Origin: an uncultured Nitrososphaerota archaeon
GTDB lineage: Archaea; Thermoproteota; Nitrososphaeria; Nitrososphaerales; CADDZS01
Direction: 5' to 3'
Length of the DNA stretch: 64,000 nucleotides
Assembly (NCBI GenBank): GCA_963799845.1
Contig: CAWCYI010000004.1
Span: 1,856,001 to 1,920,000, forward strand
In this document: one piece after another, positions 1-10,347 of the stretch
Position numbering within the stretch: position 1 is the first letter of the stretch
How the letters are laid out: each line of letters starts with the position of its first letter
Translations under genes and position numbers: made by a program
Notes under the pieces: model-generated
Seen by the model: only the letters and a program-made list of their open reading frames with translations
Database searches by the model: none
Told to the model about the DNA's origin: nothing

Positions 1-553
1 AAGAAGGTTCCAAAGGATAGCAACAGAAGAGAAGATTGTAAAGAGGTTGAAAGTTGATTGGTCTTGTGCCTCTTTTCAAGCGGTTAGAGAAACTGAGTCT
101 GATGATCGAGATCCTGGCCCCGATGGAAGTAGAGGAGAAATAATGTTTAGTTCAGCACAAGAATAACAAATTCAGTGTGGAGACTCTGCTGTCTCAGACG
201 ACAACCCCTATGGATGCGTGCCAAAGCTTCTTCTTTACTGAGGTCCTAATGAAGAAAGTTATACAGTTGGAAGAAGAACTATCCAAAACTACCAGTGATT
301 TGGCGCCCGCTTCGGTCGGCAATCAACGCTTTGGATCACGTGGAATTAGGACGCGCGCGTTTGAAATAGGATGCGTAAAAAATTGCTTTAATTTCGAGTA
401 TTCGCAAGCGGAAAGCAGTTCTTACAGACGCAGTCTCAATCGCAAGAGTTCATGTCGATGAGACGAAAACTGGATTACGACTCCGACAAAACCCGCTAGA
501 AGAAAGAAGGAATCCTACGATTATCAAAACATTTGAAGAATCTCTCGAGGCTA

Positions 554-772
554 TCAGGCGGCTCGGGCCGGATGACCCTTCCCAGCTTTCGTCGTACTTA
601 GTTTACCCGGCTCATGAAAGAGCATATGTTGGGTTAGGTCAGCCTGATTTGTGAAGACCTGCCCACAGATTTTGCACTGAAATGATCCTTGCCGAGTTGA
701 TGAAGGACCAATTATCTCAGCGTCAGAAGAAGGTGTACTCTTAGTAGAGTCAGCCGGTCTGTCGCTTTGCAA
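554..772 (-). CDS. Small C2H2 zinc-finger protein
   Basis: F-x-CKIC-x3-F-x5-L-x2-H-x3-H motif (FQCKICGQVFTNQADLTQHMLFH) in a 72-aa hydrophilic ORF; TATA-like element and palindromic site upstream. Confidence 0.75.
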   Translation of the reverse strand: MQSDRPADSTKSTPSSDAEIIGPSSTRQGSFQCKICGQVFTNQADLTQHMLFHEPGKLSTTKAGKGHPARAA

Positions 773-1013
773 CTATACCGCCTAAGTAATTTCTGTTTCC
801 GAGCTATTATGATTTCAGATAGAATCTTCATACTTGAAGGGAACTGAGACTTGAAGGTGAACTCCGGCTTTTGGGGTCCCTCTTTATCAAGGAATCCAAG
901 ATAATTGTTCTAATTTTGATAGAACAGTTTACTGACATTGTCTGACCGCATGAAAGTGGTTGAGAGCCTTTCCCAAACCCCAGATAATTGGAAAAATGCA
1001 GGGGTATACTGCT

Positions 1014-1190
1014 CTAGGAATTTTTAGATCGCTGTGATTTTGGAGTATTCGGCGTTGCCTCCTCCTCCTCCGTCAAAGGGTACGGCTTTGTGTCTTTCTT
1101 TTCCTTTGAAGATCTATCAAGTTTGTCAGGTGTGGGAGCTTTCGTCGGCTCCTACTTTCGAGTCATATCCTGGTTTTCGGTTTTCTTCAT
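1014..1190 (-). pseudogene. Small hydrophilic K/E/P/T-rich protein with in-frame TAG at codon 13
   Basis: Hand translation MKKTENQDMTRK*EPTKAPTPDKLDRSSKEKKDTKPYPLTEEEATPNTPKSQRSKNS; composition resembles the other island microproteins. Confidence 0.35.
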
Positions 1191-1234
1191 GAAATCAACT
1201 CTTGTTTATCTGGGAAAATATAGACCCCTATCTC

Positions 1235-1339
1235 TCAACCTATGAGCGAGAAAAGCCTCCATAAATCGCGCAGATGCTTTGAAGTTTTTTCGCTAGTCTT
1301 GCTCTCTTGTTTGTATCCGACTAGTTGTTGCTTTGGCAT
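1235..1339 (-). CDS. 34-aa microprotein (N-terminus and promoter paralogous to 14669..14848)
   Basis: MPKQQLVGYKQESKTSEKTSKHLRDLWRLFSLIG; the upstream ~65 bp aligns with the region upstream of 14848. Confidence 0.45.
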   Translation of the reverse strand: MPKQQLVGYKQESKTSEKTSKHLRDLWRLFSLIG

Positions 1340-1748
1340 GATTCCCCTCAAAAAGACGATTGATAATTTCAATTATTTGTCGCAATCACAAAGAAAAAAG
1401 TTCTAGATCAATCAATTCTCAAGAATTAGTGGGTGATCGATCTCGGTCGTTCAGCCCGTTTCTTAACTGAGAAATATCTAAGCGGGCATATCCAGCATCA
1501 AGAATTATAATATGCGCTAGCACCTTTACGAACTAAAGATTAACTACAAGAGCGCGCTCTCTCTTGGAATCCTAAAGATTGCTCTCAACTTCGAGAACCT
1601 AAATATTCGTTGATCCGCGTGTTTTTTTGAATGATCCTTTTTCTCAAAATCTTATATGGCATAAATGAATTTTTGGCGGATTTCTTTGTTAGATAAGATT
1701 GTAACCTTTCATTAATCAATTTAGGGAGGAACAAATCTTCTGGTCTTA

Positions 1749-1895
1749 ATGCCAAAGGGAAAAACTCACCGTTTTACTTCGAAAGAACACAGGCAAGCCG
1801 AACACATCATAGAATCAGAGGAAAAATTGGGTAGGTCCAAAGAAAGGGCCAAAAGAATTGCGTATGCGACTGTCAATAAACAAAAAAAGTCTTAA
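1749..1895 (+). CDS. 48-aa basic microprotein of the 'RQxEHIxES..G....RAKxIAxxTVNK' family (often annotated plasmid-stabilization-like)
   Basis: Hand translation MPKGKTHRFTSKEHRQAEHIIESEEKLGRSKERAKRIAYATVNKQKKS; paralog at 8141..8329. Confidence 0.7.
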   Translation: MPKGKTHRFTSKEHRQAEHIIESEEKLGRSKERAKRIAYATVNKQKKS

Positions 1896-2096
1896 TTTTG
1901 GAAAGACTGAATTTCAAAGACTAATTTAATCGGCGCTCCAAAAGACTCTCGAAAAGTAGTAAATCGGTTTGTGGTACAATATTGACTGCCCAATGCGATG
2001 ATTATTAGAGCACCATAACCCCTCTGATATTTCAGTATAGAGAAATCATCGCATATGCTGAAATAAGACGACTGCATTAATTCAGACAGTGAATTA

Positions 2097-2945
2097 TTGA
2101 CCTTGGCTAACGAAAATATCACTACAGCCTCCACCGTAGATTGGAAAGAAATACAAAAGAAAGAGGCGAGAGGAGTAAACGGCTTTAACTTGGGAGAAGT
2201 TCAAGATTCAGGCCCCTCCTATGTCCACACACAAAAGGGAATTGCCAAGAAGGAACAATTCTACATTCCAAAATATTTGGTCGAAGGATACGATGGCAGT
2301 ATCTTGTGGTTCAACGTGTCTGAGGCCCAGGCACCTCAACTCGTACTCACTAGCCCGCCGTCAGACGAGGAATACAGAACGCGATACAGAACAAAAGAAA
2401 TGCGATCCGATATTGAGAAAACGATTCCAGTGATCAAGCGATCGCTTACGGGAAATCAAAGATTACTGAGGGATGTTTTGGTCGATGAAATGAGAGATCT
2501 TTACCATGCAGAAAATCAGCTCGTTAACGCACTGCCGAAAATGTCGGAGGCCGCGCGCGATCCACAGTTGAAATTATCATTTCAAAACCATCTTGAGCAA
2601 ACAAAGTTGCATGCAACTCGCCTTGAACAGGCTTTCAATATGCTTGGCGAACCCCCCCAGGGAAAACCGTGCAAAGGAATGATGGGTCTGATTCAGGAAG
2701 GTGAAGAGGAGATTATTGAAGGAAAGCAAAAGGAGGCCTTTGCAGCCGATCTCGGGTTAATCACTGCAGCTCAAAAGGTTGAGCACTATGAAATCTCTGG
2801 TTATGGTACCGTTAGAACCATGGCAGAAAAAATAGGCAAGCAAGATATTGCCTCATTGTTGCAGCAGACGGAAATGGAGGAAAAACAGACTGACCAATTG
2901 CTTACTCGGGCAGCAATGCCAATGCTGGACCGAGCATCAATGTAA
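2097..2945 (+). CDS. PRC-barrel-like N-terminal domain fused to YciF/DUF892 ferritin-like domain
   Basis: C-terminal DLYHAENQLVNALPKM...HLEQT...CKGMMGLIQEG...AAQKVEHYEISGYG is typical YciE/YciF; N-terminal KEARGVNGFNLGEV...FYIPK...YDG resembles 6177..6443. Confidence 0.85.
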   Translation: MTLANENITTASTVDWKEIQKKEARGVNGFNLGEVQDSGPSYVHTQKGIAKKEQFYIPKYLVEGYDGSILWFNVSEAQAPQLVLTSPPSDEEYRTRYRTKEMRSDIEKTIPVIKRSLTGNQRLLRDVLVDEMRDLYHAENQLVNALPKMSEAARDPQLKLSFQNHLEQTKLHATRLEQAFNMLGEPPQGKPCKGMMGLIQEGEEEIIEGKQKEAFAADLGLITAAQKVEHYEISGYGTVRTMAEKIGKQDIASLLQQTEMEEKQTDQLLTRAAMPMLDRASM

Positions 2946-3466
2946 CATAACCCGCATAATCGAAAGATAATGCGCTTTCGCAAAATCTGAATTTCACCTG
3001 GATAATTCATCGAACTTCAAAATTCGCAAGACGTCAAAACCGTTTGAATCTCTTGACTCTGAAATCGATAAAGGATCTAGCGTCACAAGATTACGACAGA
3101 AGACTCAAAGGTGTGTTCGCAATTCAGACGGAAAATTGCCAAGAGTGTCGCAGACGCGTTGAGTGTAACCCTCCTTACAACCGAGAAAGAGGACTTAACG
3201 ATGGGATACTGACAACACTCAGGCTCATACCCTGTATCTGAAGGGCTGAAATGGAGTGTCGCTAACCAGATTCCTGAACTCGTTGGTTTCCGGTTCCCTC
3301 GTATTTTTAGATGACATTGGAAATCCAATGAAGCTTGTGAGACAATCTCGACGGCACCCATTCAGTAGTGCTTTTTGAATTTTCTAACTAAAGATAATTC
3401 TATAGAAATCAATCTTTATAATTATTAGTCATTTGGAGTTGATACTCTTGAGGATGAGAGAGGTCA

Positions 3467-3607
3467 ATGTCAGCATTGATGAAATGTGAAGTGTGCGCCG
3501 ATATTTTCAATAAAAGACAAGAATTAGAAGTACATTATAGAGCGGAGCACAACCCGGAATCAAAAAAATCGAAGCAGAGTAACCTTCATCCAAGATTAAT
3601 CGAGTGA
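3467..3607 (+). CDS. 46-aa C2H2 zinc-finger microprotein
   Basis: Hand translation MSALMKCEVCADIFNKRQELEVHYRAEHNPESKKSKQSNLHPRLIE; TATA (CTTTATAA) upstream. Confidence 0.7.
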   Translation: MSALMKCEVCADIFNKRQELEVHYRAEHNPESKKSKQSNLHPRLIE

Positions 3608-3615
3608 TTATCGAA

Positions 3616-3780
3616 TTGTCAAAACACCTCCTGCAAGGGGAGAAAGATAAGATCAAGGGAAAGCTTCGCGTGGCAAAAGGAAGAATAAGCGGTAATCGGA
3701 CAGAAGTGGTGAAAGGAAGGCTTCAGCAAAAGAAAGGGATTCTGAAAAAGAAAATTTGGCGATTGAGGTACCGCCTATAG
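3616..3780 (+). CDS. CsbD-like small basic stress protein
   Basis: TTG start; DKIKGKLRVAKGRISGNRTEVVKGRLQQKKG follows the CsbD pattern KGKxKxxxGxxxGxxxxxxxGxxxQxxG. Confidence 0.55.
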   Translation: MSKHLLQGEKDKIKGKLRVAKGRISGNRTEVVKGRLQQKKGILKKKIWRLRYRL

Positions 3781-4072
3781 ACTTCGTGTTTCCACTATTT
3801 ATTTTATGTGCAACGTCATCCTTAGCGCTTTTTACGAGCGCTCATGGTCTCCCCACTTTCCGGTACAATTCCCTAGGCATAGCCAATGTCAATTAGAAAA
3901 GAATCCCATGACTCTTTTTTCAAAGATTCGACTAGACGATTCCCCGTAAACTTTCTTCGGATTTCAATAAGATTAAGCACGCTCGATCGAGAATTTTTCA
4001 AAAGAGACTTTTGGAAAACTTGCAGCGGCATCCATTTAGAGTACAAAGGCTATCGAGATACTCGATAATGTC

Positions 4073-4258
4073 ATGGGATTAGTCAATCTCGCAATCCTGG
4101 TCTTGATTTTATTCATCGTTTTCGCAGTCTTAGGATTCTGAGGCATAGCGGCAGCTCTTGGAAGCATTCTGTACCTTCTCATCATCGTTATCGTGGTCAT
4201 ATTCGTCGCAAGTCTTGTAGCTGGAAGATCTTGGTACGGATTAGCCCTAAGACAATAA
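4073..4258 (+). pseudogene. DUF1328/UPF0391 (YtjA-like) small membrane protein with in-frame TGA at 4139
   Basis: MGLVNLAILVLILFIVFAVLGF*GIAAALGSILYLLIIVIVVIFVASLVAGRSWYGLALRQ; AxLGFxGIA signature with two TM helices. Confidence 0.7.
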
Positions 4259-4619
4259 AAGTCGTTTATGATTTCTATTTTGATCTAACGACAAACTTCA
4301 TTTGCAAAAACTGAACCAACTTCAAACAAGTTTCTAAAAAAGTTCGATGCATTAATCTTATCACTAATTCTTAAAGAAGCTCGAATCTCACTGAACGAAT
4401 TACTTCAACGGCAGATTCACAGACTGTCCGCGATCGTCCGACTCGTAAGCCGCCGGAACGATTTCAATCATCGCCCGCCTCAGGAGTTGTCTGTGATATT
4501 TCGCGCTCACCAATTATTCCCCGGGAACTCGATTGAAACGTCGGTTCTCCTAAGCCGTAGGTGGAGGTTTAACGCGGATGTAGGGAAAACGCTTCTGTCA
4601 TGATAGAAAACGACCGCTC

Positions 4620-4886
4620 TTAATTTTCGTCAGCTAAATATTTTGAAATTAATCCTTTCATGATTTCGTAATCAATTTCGTCAGCAGGAATGATTCTGTA
4701 TGCTCTTTCTTCACTTCGAATAGTCTCTTTTCGAATGATTAATCCTTTGGTTTCTAAACCTTCGCATATTTTGGAAATAATCCCTGAACTTAGACCAGTT
4801 GAACTGACAAGATAAGATTGGTAGACACCTTCTCTTATTTCTGATGTTATTTTCTCGACAATGTCCCTGTCGGGATTCCCTCCCAT
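4620..4886 (-). CDS. Winged-helix DNA-binding protein (MarR/HTH-like)
   Basis: GVYQSYLVSSTGLSSGIISKICEGLETKGLIIR HTH-plus-wing pattern. Confidence 0.6.
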   Translation of the reverse strand: MGGNPDRDIVEKITSEIREGVYQSYLVSSTGLSSGIISKICEGLETKGLIIRKETIRSEERAYRIIPADEIDYEIMKGLISKYLADEN

Positions 4887-5129
4887 TTAGATAGGCCACA
4901 TCCCTTCTCACGCAAGAAAGTGATTTGGCTAGACTCCAATTAAAATATAGCGAATCGAGCTTTGAGATCCTCGGTCTTTCTCAGTCGAGGCGAAAATAGA
5001 CACTGTCGCTTCGGTTTAACTCACTACTTTCGCTTGTTTTTCGAGGTGTAGGCAAGCAAAGCAATGTCTGTGACTGGTCGGCGCATTATTCCGAGGAAGA
5101 GCGCCTGCTCCATACATGAAGGATTCTAG

Positions 5130-5429
5130 CTACCCTTTCCACAGTCCGATGCCGAACCCGATAATCCAGAAGATCGGAAACGCGTAGAATACAGCCCCGA
5201 TGTGGGACGCCTGAGAGAGGAAGATATCCACGATGCGGCTCCAGACATCCGACAGACTGATGAAGGGAATTGAAAGACCAATGGCACCGGCGAGAACAAG
5301 CCCCACAACTATGAGAATCGCGGAACTTATCCCCTTCTTTGCGGCGAGCCAAAGACCAGTCCATCCGCGAATAAAAGTACTATCGATACGACTCCGGCTA
5401 TCGTCGTTGGAGGCGCGATCAACTTTCAA
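5130..5429 (-). CDS. Small membrane protein, paralog of 11130..11423 (N-terminus divergent)
   Basis: AAKKGISSAILIVVGLVLAGAIGLSIPF...PIFWIIGFGIG aligns with AAAKGVTSIILIVVGLVIASFIGLSIPF...PILWIVGFLVG. Confidence 0.65.
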   Translation of the reverse strand: MKVDRASNDDSRSRIDSTFIRGWTGLWLAAKKGISSAILIVVGLVLAGAIGLSIPFISLSDVWSRIVDIFLSQASHIGAVFYAFPIFWIIGFGIGLWKG

Positions 5430-5436
5430 ATCACCT

Positions 5437-5745
5437 TTATGTTTGTACTAGTGAAGGTTCAGGGGGCGCGTTTTGTTTTAGACTTTCATTTCGCACTTTC
5501 GCAGATGGCATTAGCTCTTTGATCTCTTCGTATGCATTCAAGAATTTGAGTCCTTTTTCCGTTATTAAGTAAAGTCGAGCTCCTTCATCATATCTTACCA
5601 AGTCTCTGTCCTGGAGCAGGCCGAGATATTCAGACAGTTGGGCGTACGATAAGTAAGCGCTGTACATTATGCGAGTCTTGGTCGTACCTGATCCGATTGA
5701 CCGCAACATGCTGTCGATAATTTCTGTGCTGCTTCTGTACTTCAT
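5437..5745 (-). CDS. Archaeal winged-HTH transcriptional regulator (HTH_45/ArnR1-like), paralog 1
   Basis: MKYRSSTEIIDSML...TKTRIMYSAYLSYAQLSEYL...YLITEKGLKFLNAY. Confidence 0.9.
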   Translation of the reverse strand: MKYRSSTEIIDSMLRSIGSGTTKTRIMYSAYLSYAQLSEYLGLLQDRDLVRYDEGARLYLITEKGLKFLNAYEEIKELMPSAKVRNESLKQNAPPEPSLVQT

Positions 5746-5787
5746 GATTTTGGTAAATGCGGGACATGGTGTGGAATATTAACAGTT

Positions 5788-5802
5788 TGGAACAATGTTT
5801 GT
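5788..5802. promoter_or_regulatory. Candidate 15-bp island operator upstream of wHTH paralog 1
   Basis: TGGAACAATGTTTGT, 43 bp from the ATG and ~5 bp beyond the TATA-like AATATTAA. Confidence 0.5.
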
Positions 5803-6176
5803 TTCGAGTCTAGTTGATATTCACATATTCTCCATTTTTGGATAATACACAGAGCCCGTCGATAAATTAAGTCAGCATAGGCTTTGGATTCCCTGGAGAA
5901 GCGTCCTCCTCGCTTTTGAAAACGGATCGGACACCTGTTATAGATCCGGAAAAGACGGATGTGGTCTATCCTTTGGATACAATCTTCGATCACCTTACTT
6001 TTGCTGAGCGAATTTATCGCTGAATGAATTCAAAAGATCTCCCTGACTCCAGTGCCTCTTGATTTCTTTTATTGCTTTGAGTAGCTGATGATGGAATCGG
6101 ATCTTCCGAAGTGTTTGCAGTATTCGGATCTACGGTCAAATGGGCCTTGTGGTTACAATCTCAATGCCATTTCATT

Positions 6177-6443
6177 TCAAGTATGAGGCTCGCGATTGGA
6201 GTCGTTTCCGGAAATAAATGGGTATACACCTGCCAGAACTTCGGCTTCGGTGGCGCGGAGGTAGACTCTTTCTCCATCAAAAGTTGCCACTGACTCCTTG
6301 GGAATCCGAAGTAATCGCATACCTCTGACTGCTACAAGAAGAGGGCCGTCGCCTTCTTTGGTATGGCCAACTTCCTTGTTATCACAGCTTTTGACTTCTT
6401 TTCCCGTTATTTCGGCGTCCTGCCAGGTTGGAACAGTTATCAT
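6177..6443 (-). CDS. PRC-barrel-like small protein
   Basis: GKEVKSCDNKEVGHTKE...LRIPKESVATFDGERVYL PRC-barrel-type pattern. Confidence 0.6.
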   Translation of the reverse strand: MITVPTWQDAEITGKEVKSCDNKEVGHTKEGDGPLLVAVRGMRLLRIPKESVATFDGERVYLRATEAEVLAGVYPFISGNDSNREPHT

Positions 6444-6674
6444 GACTAGTTAAAATGAAAAGTGCCTAATATGTTCCCACAAGATCTTTCTAGTAAGAAG
6501 GAACTAGGAGATTGACTTTTCATTTTACTAATGGGTTACTTCCAAAAGGCGGTTCCTTACAGAATTTATTTTACTAGAAGATATTCCTGAAATTTTATTT
6601 GACCATCGTTAAATTCATCCGCGGAACTCTGAGGTTCCACAGAATCGTTTTAAAATTGCTAAAGGTGACAAGAA

Positions 6675-7625
6675 TTGGCGCAAGAATTCGATAAATTATT
6701 AGTCGCAATCGATGACTCAGATATTGCCGATCAAGTATTGCATCTTGCGATTGGCATTGCTCTTCCCGATTCATCCAGGCTCGATGTACTCCACGTCGTG
6801 AATCCCTCTCCTTCTACGGCAGTCGAGATTCCATCTCCATTGCTTGGGTCGTCTGTTCCTCCGGTTATTCCCCTCCCGGCCGACTCTGCTCAAAGCACCC
6901 CCGAGGATTCGGATTCAAATGCCAAGTTAAAGGGTGAGGAACTTCTCGCCGAAAGTAAAGCTGAGATTCAAAAAGCTTCACAGAATTTTAGTAGCGATAA
7001 GAAACTCCAGTGCGATACTATTTTACTCAGATCCTCCGACGTTGCTAGAGAGATAATCAGGACATCAAAAGAGGGAGCTTACGACCTAGTGATAGTTGGC
7101 AGTCGAGGCCTCGGCATTCTCAAGAGCTTCTTTCTCGGAAGTGTCTCAAAAAAGGTCGCCAAGGAAGCTAAGTGTTCGGTCCTCGTTGTAAAGAAAGCGT
7201 CCGGCACCCTCAATAGGTTTCTCCTTGGATACAACGGTTCCGAAGAAGGAAAGAAAGCTCTCAACATTGGTGCAAGTCTTGGTAAGAATTTCAATGCGGA
7301 AATTGATCCGATATGTGTGGTCAGTATTCCTCCTATCATGCCTACTATTGAACAATCAACCATAAACAATCTTGAAGGAGAAATGAAATCTTATGCGGCT
7401 GATGCTGTTTCATCCCTCAAGAATCAAGGTGTCCCTACGTCTAAGGGAATAGTGATCGATTCACCGAGCATATCAGGAGCGATAGAGGAGTATTCTACCA
7501 AGAACTCCTACGATCTTGTTATCGTTGGAAACCACCCGAAAGGGAAACTGGAAACCCTTCTGCTAGGGAGTGTGTCTTTAGACGTCGTCGAACAATCAAA
7601 AACCAATGTCCTCGTGGTCAAATGA
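6675..7625 (+). CDS. Universal stress protein (tandem USP domains)
   Basis: LLVAIDDS...DLVIVGSRGLG...LGSVSKKV...SVLVVK and a second copy DLVIVG...LGSVS...NVLVVK. Confidence 0.93.
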   Translation: MAQEFDKLLVAIDDSDIADQVLHLAIGIALPDSSRLDVLHVVNPSPSTAVEIPSPLLGSSVPPVIPLPADSAQSTPEDSDSNAKLKGEELLAESKAEIQKASQNFSSDKKLQCDTILLRSSDVAREIIRTSKEGAYDLVIVGSRGLGILKSFFLGSVSKKVAKEAKCSVLVVKKASGTLNRFLLGYNGSEEGKKALNIGASLGKNFNAEIDPICVVSIPPIMPTIEQSTINNLEGEMKSYAADAVSSLKNQGVPTSKGIVIDSPSISGAIEEYSTKNSYDLVIVGNHPKGKLETLLLGSVSLDVVEQSKTNVLVVK

Positions 7626-8140
7626 AAAATTAGGCCGATTCCGACTACAATCCCACATGGGACAATGCAGCGCCACACCGAAATGTGATTGTCCCTCGAG
7701 GATCCTTGTGGAAAGTGAAGTGGTTGTTTTTTGATTAGTAAACAGGAATCTTAGTTTCTGTCTAACCTTCAGAATATTTCTTAGAAACAAGAAAGACTGC
7801 TTGAAAAAGCAGCTTGAATCAAGAGTTTCCTCTCATTTCTAATTCGATTTCAATTTCCCTTAGTCGAGCTCTTATCTGGTTTCTAGGAACTATCCATAGC
7901 ACAAGTCCACGAGGAGTTAATCTTCTACACTTTGCGATGTTAGCTTCCAATACCACCATCTGATTTTTGTAATCTTGAATACAGGATTTCAACCGATCAT
8001 TATTTAACTCTGCGAACAGCTTGTTGAACCATCTGATTTTTCTTTCGGATAGTTCACTAATTACTAGAGATTTTTGCAGAAATCACACCACTTGTCCCAC
8101 CTCAGTTCATTGAAAAATCCGCAAATCATTTTCACTGTTC

Positions 8141-8329
8141 TTATTCTTCTCGCACCTCGCGTGACAGATCTTTTTGTACAGTTCTCCACTCTATTTCCTC
8201 CGCACGTTCTGGCGAATCACCACGGGCCTCCTCACTTCGCTCTATGTGCTCTGCCATCCTGTCTGCCTTTTCGGTGTGTTCATGGCCTCCTACGCCTCTT
8301 CGAATTTCGCTATGTTTCTTGCTCGGCAT
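8141..8329 (-). CDS. Small charged protein, paralog of 1749..1895
   Basis: DRMAEHIERSEEARGDSPERAEEIEWRTVQK motif. Confidence 0.7.
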   Translation of the reverse strand: MPSKKHSEIRRGVGGHEHTEKADRMAEHIERSEEARGDSPERAEEIEWRTVQKDLSREVREE

Positions 8330-8526
8330 AATTAGCTTGGACTGGAATTAGAGCAACAAGAGCTTGCGAAATTTGAACTAGAGGATTATCCCCTAATTTT
8401 GTATACTAATTTTACAAGCTTTCATAGATTATGATTTATCAAAATTGTAAGTGACTTTCTTATTGAATAATGGCTGCAAAGATGTAACAATGACTTTTGA
8501 ATAAAGCTATTTACTCTCTGAAGCGA

Positions 8527-8769
8527 TCAATCCATTCCTCGGACTAGATTACATGCCGCTCTGACTCTTCTGGAATTTTCCTCTGCGTAGGATCTTATTT
8601 TCAGGAGAGAAAGTTCGATCGCTTGACTATTTCCCTTGCCCTGCTCAATAGAATCTTCGATTATTTCGTCCTCGAAAACTATCATTTGGTCAATGTCGAC
8701 GCTCGAATGCATCAGTAAATCTACTGTTTGCCTTATCCCAGGCTTATTGGGATCCACTTCCTCTAGCAA
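8527..8769 (-). CDS. Hypothetical helical protein
   Basis: 80-aa ORF with protein-like composition; no family recognised. Confidence 0.4.
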   Translation of the reverse strand: MLEEVDPNKPGIRQTVDLLMHSSVDIDQMIVFEDEIIEDSIEQGKGNSQAIELSLLKIRSYAEENSRRVRAACNLVRGMD

Positions 8770-8906
8770 ATCTGATCTCTTGTCGTTCTAGACAAGACAA
8801 ATGCTTGCAAGTTATTATCTTTAGCTTAACATTAATCCTAATTCTTTTCTAGTCCTTGTTCCAGACACCCAAAGAACCTTCAAAAAATACCAAATTAGGA
8901 GCGTCA

Positions 8907-9071
8907 TTAGCTGATACCGTCTGAGACTTGCGATTCCCGTTCTCGTCTAGGCCCAGAACACTCATGGGAACTTAGATCAGCTTCGTTTGCAAAAGAACGC
9001 TTGCAAACGTTGCATTCGTAGGTCTTCCCTGGAGGGGGCGGAGTGATCACGCTCAAGAGATTCTCATCCAA
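8907..9071 (-). CDS. 54-aa C2HC/C2H2-like zinc-finger microprotein
   Basis: Hand translation from TTG: (M)DENLLSVITPPPPGKTYECNVCKRSFANEADLSSHECSGPRRERESQVSDGIS. Confidence 0.65.
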   Translation of the reverse strand: MDENLLSVITPPPPGKTYECNVCKRSFANEADLSSHECSGPRRERESQVSDGIS

Positions 9072-9113
9072 GCTTGGATTTCCAGAACATCGAGAAAATG
9101 TTTGGGTAATTTT

Positions 9114-9335
9114 CTATCCTTCTTTTCTTGTGCTTTTGAATTGTTTTACTTTCCCAAAATCTTTGACAGATATTCCAAATTTCTTTGCTGCCCTGATTAT
9201 TCTCCTTCTTGCCACCTCGGGATGACAGAATTTTGATTCGACCTGGTCAAACCTCGCCATTGCATTGCGTACGTGAACGGCATCGTTTATTGGAAGTTTG
9301 CGATCTCTCGGGCAAGCATATTCAATGATCTTCAA
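9114..9335 (-). CDS. DUF6582-like small protein
   Basis: RKLPINDAVHVRNAMARFDQV...ARRRIIRAAKKFGI motif. Confidence 0.7.
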   Translation of the reverse strand: MKIIEYACPRDRKLPINDAVHVRNAMARFDQVESKFCHPEVARRRIIRAAKKFGISVKDFGKVKQFKSTRKEG

Positions 9336-9617
9336 TTTCTGTCTCCAGCCGTACTTAATTTTACCGAATTTTTTCTCCCCAATTTTATGAAATCTTTTTC
9401 AAGAGGGAATCCGAAATCAAACCTGCTCCGAATCGGGTCTTGGGTACGCGTCGTCAATCAGCTGGTACTGATCTGAATAATTGTCGCAATATCGGGAGAA
9501 TCCTATCATGTGGGAAGCTTGACCGTAACAATTTGATTACAACGGATGCATCTTAGTTTGCCTTTTGTGATGGATGCTGACAAAATAATTCTCAATTTTC
9601 TACTTAACTATAGGCTA

Positions 9618-10106
9618 TTATGAATGGTGCAATAATTTCGTGGGATTATGTTCTAGAAATTTTTTGGACGAAAGCTCAAGAATATCGGTAGTCTGCCTAT
9701 TTTTTCTTGAGACTGCCAATTGAAAGTCTAGGATCTCGGACTTGGCATTCGAAGAGCCCGACCCGTTAAAGGAATGAGTTCCATTACTATGGTGTTCTCC
9801 AAAATATTTCAGCATCCTCGCTATCAAAGCGAGTCTGGATTGAAGCTCTTCAATACCCGCAGGGGTGAGAAACCAGTTGTACGACGTTGGTTCATCCTGT
9901 CTTTCCCTCACACGTACGACTAACTGATATCTTTCAAATCTATGCAACATTGGAACCAAAGTTCCGAAACTCAATCCCTTGTTCGTGGTTTGGATGAACT
10001 TTTTTCTAATTTGATAACCGGTCACCGGCTGATTAGCATTTATAATTTGGAGAACAATTGTTTCTCCCAGACTTGGCAGTACTTGTAGACGAGTCTCAGC
10101 TGACAA
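9618..10106 (-). CDS. PadR-family transcriptional regulator
   Basis: VLQII...TGYQI...LSFGTLVPMLHRFE...LTPAG PadR pattern. Confidence 0.8.
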   Translation of the reverse strand: MSAETRLQVLPSLGETIVLQIINANQPVTGYQIRKKFIQTTNKGLSFGTLVPMLHRFERYQLVVRVRERQDEPTSYNWFLTPAGIEELQSRLALIARMLKYFGEHHSNGTHSFNGSGSSNAKSEILDFQLAVSRKNRQTTDILELSSKKFLEHNPTKLLHHS

Positions 10107-10347
10107 TCTTTGCCTTCGAAAATGAGGATACTTGCTAGAGATTAAGTATATTGAGGAATTGTTATGTAAGATTATACCGTAACGTCTCCCGATACACTCC
10201 TGACAAGATATCTGAACTCGTTGGTGTTACGATCGACGGGTGAGAAATCCGCCAATCTTCTGTAGGTTGCATCGAATTATTGTTACTTACGATTCTTTAG
10301 CTTTGACTATATTGATGATTCGCCTAAATGCCGTCAAGTGATCTTTC

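Noticed and set aside
177-461. Track ORF at the window start
   Set aside because: No recognisable motif; coding status could not be supported
4139-4141. TGA/TAG recoding (Sec, Pyl or alternative code) for the in-frame stops at 4139 and 1152
   Set aside because: TGA and TAG end many normal genes here, the positions are not catalytic, and error or mutation is simpler
4505-4539. CRISPR array suggested by the GATTGAAAC ending
   Set aside because: Only one copy, no repeat-spacer periodicity and no cas genes in the window
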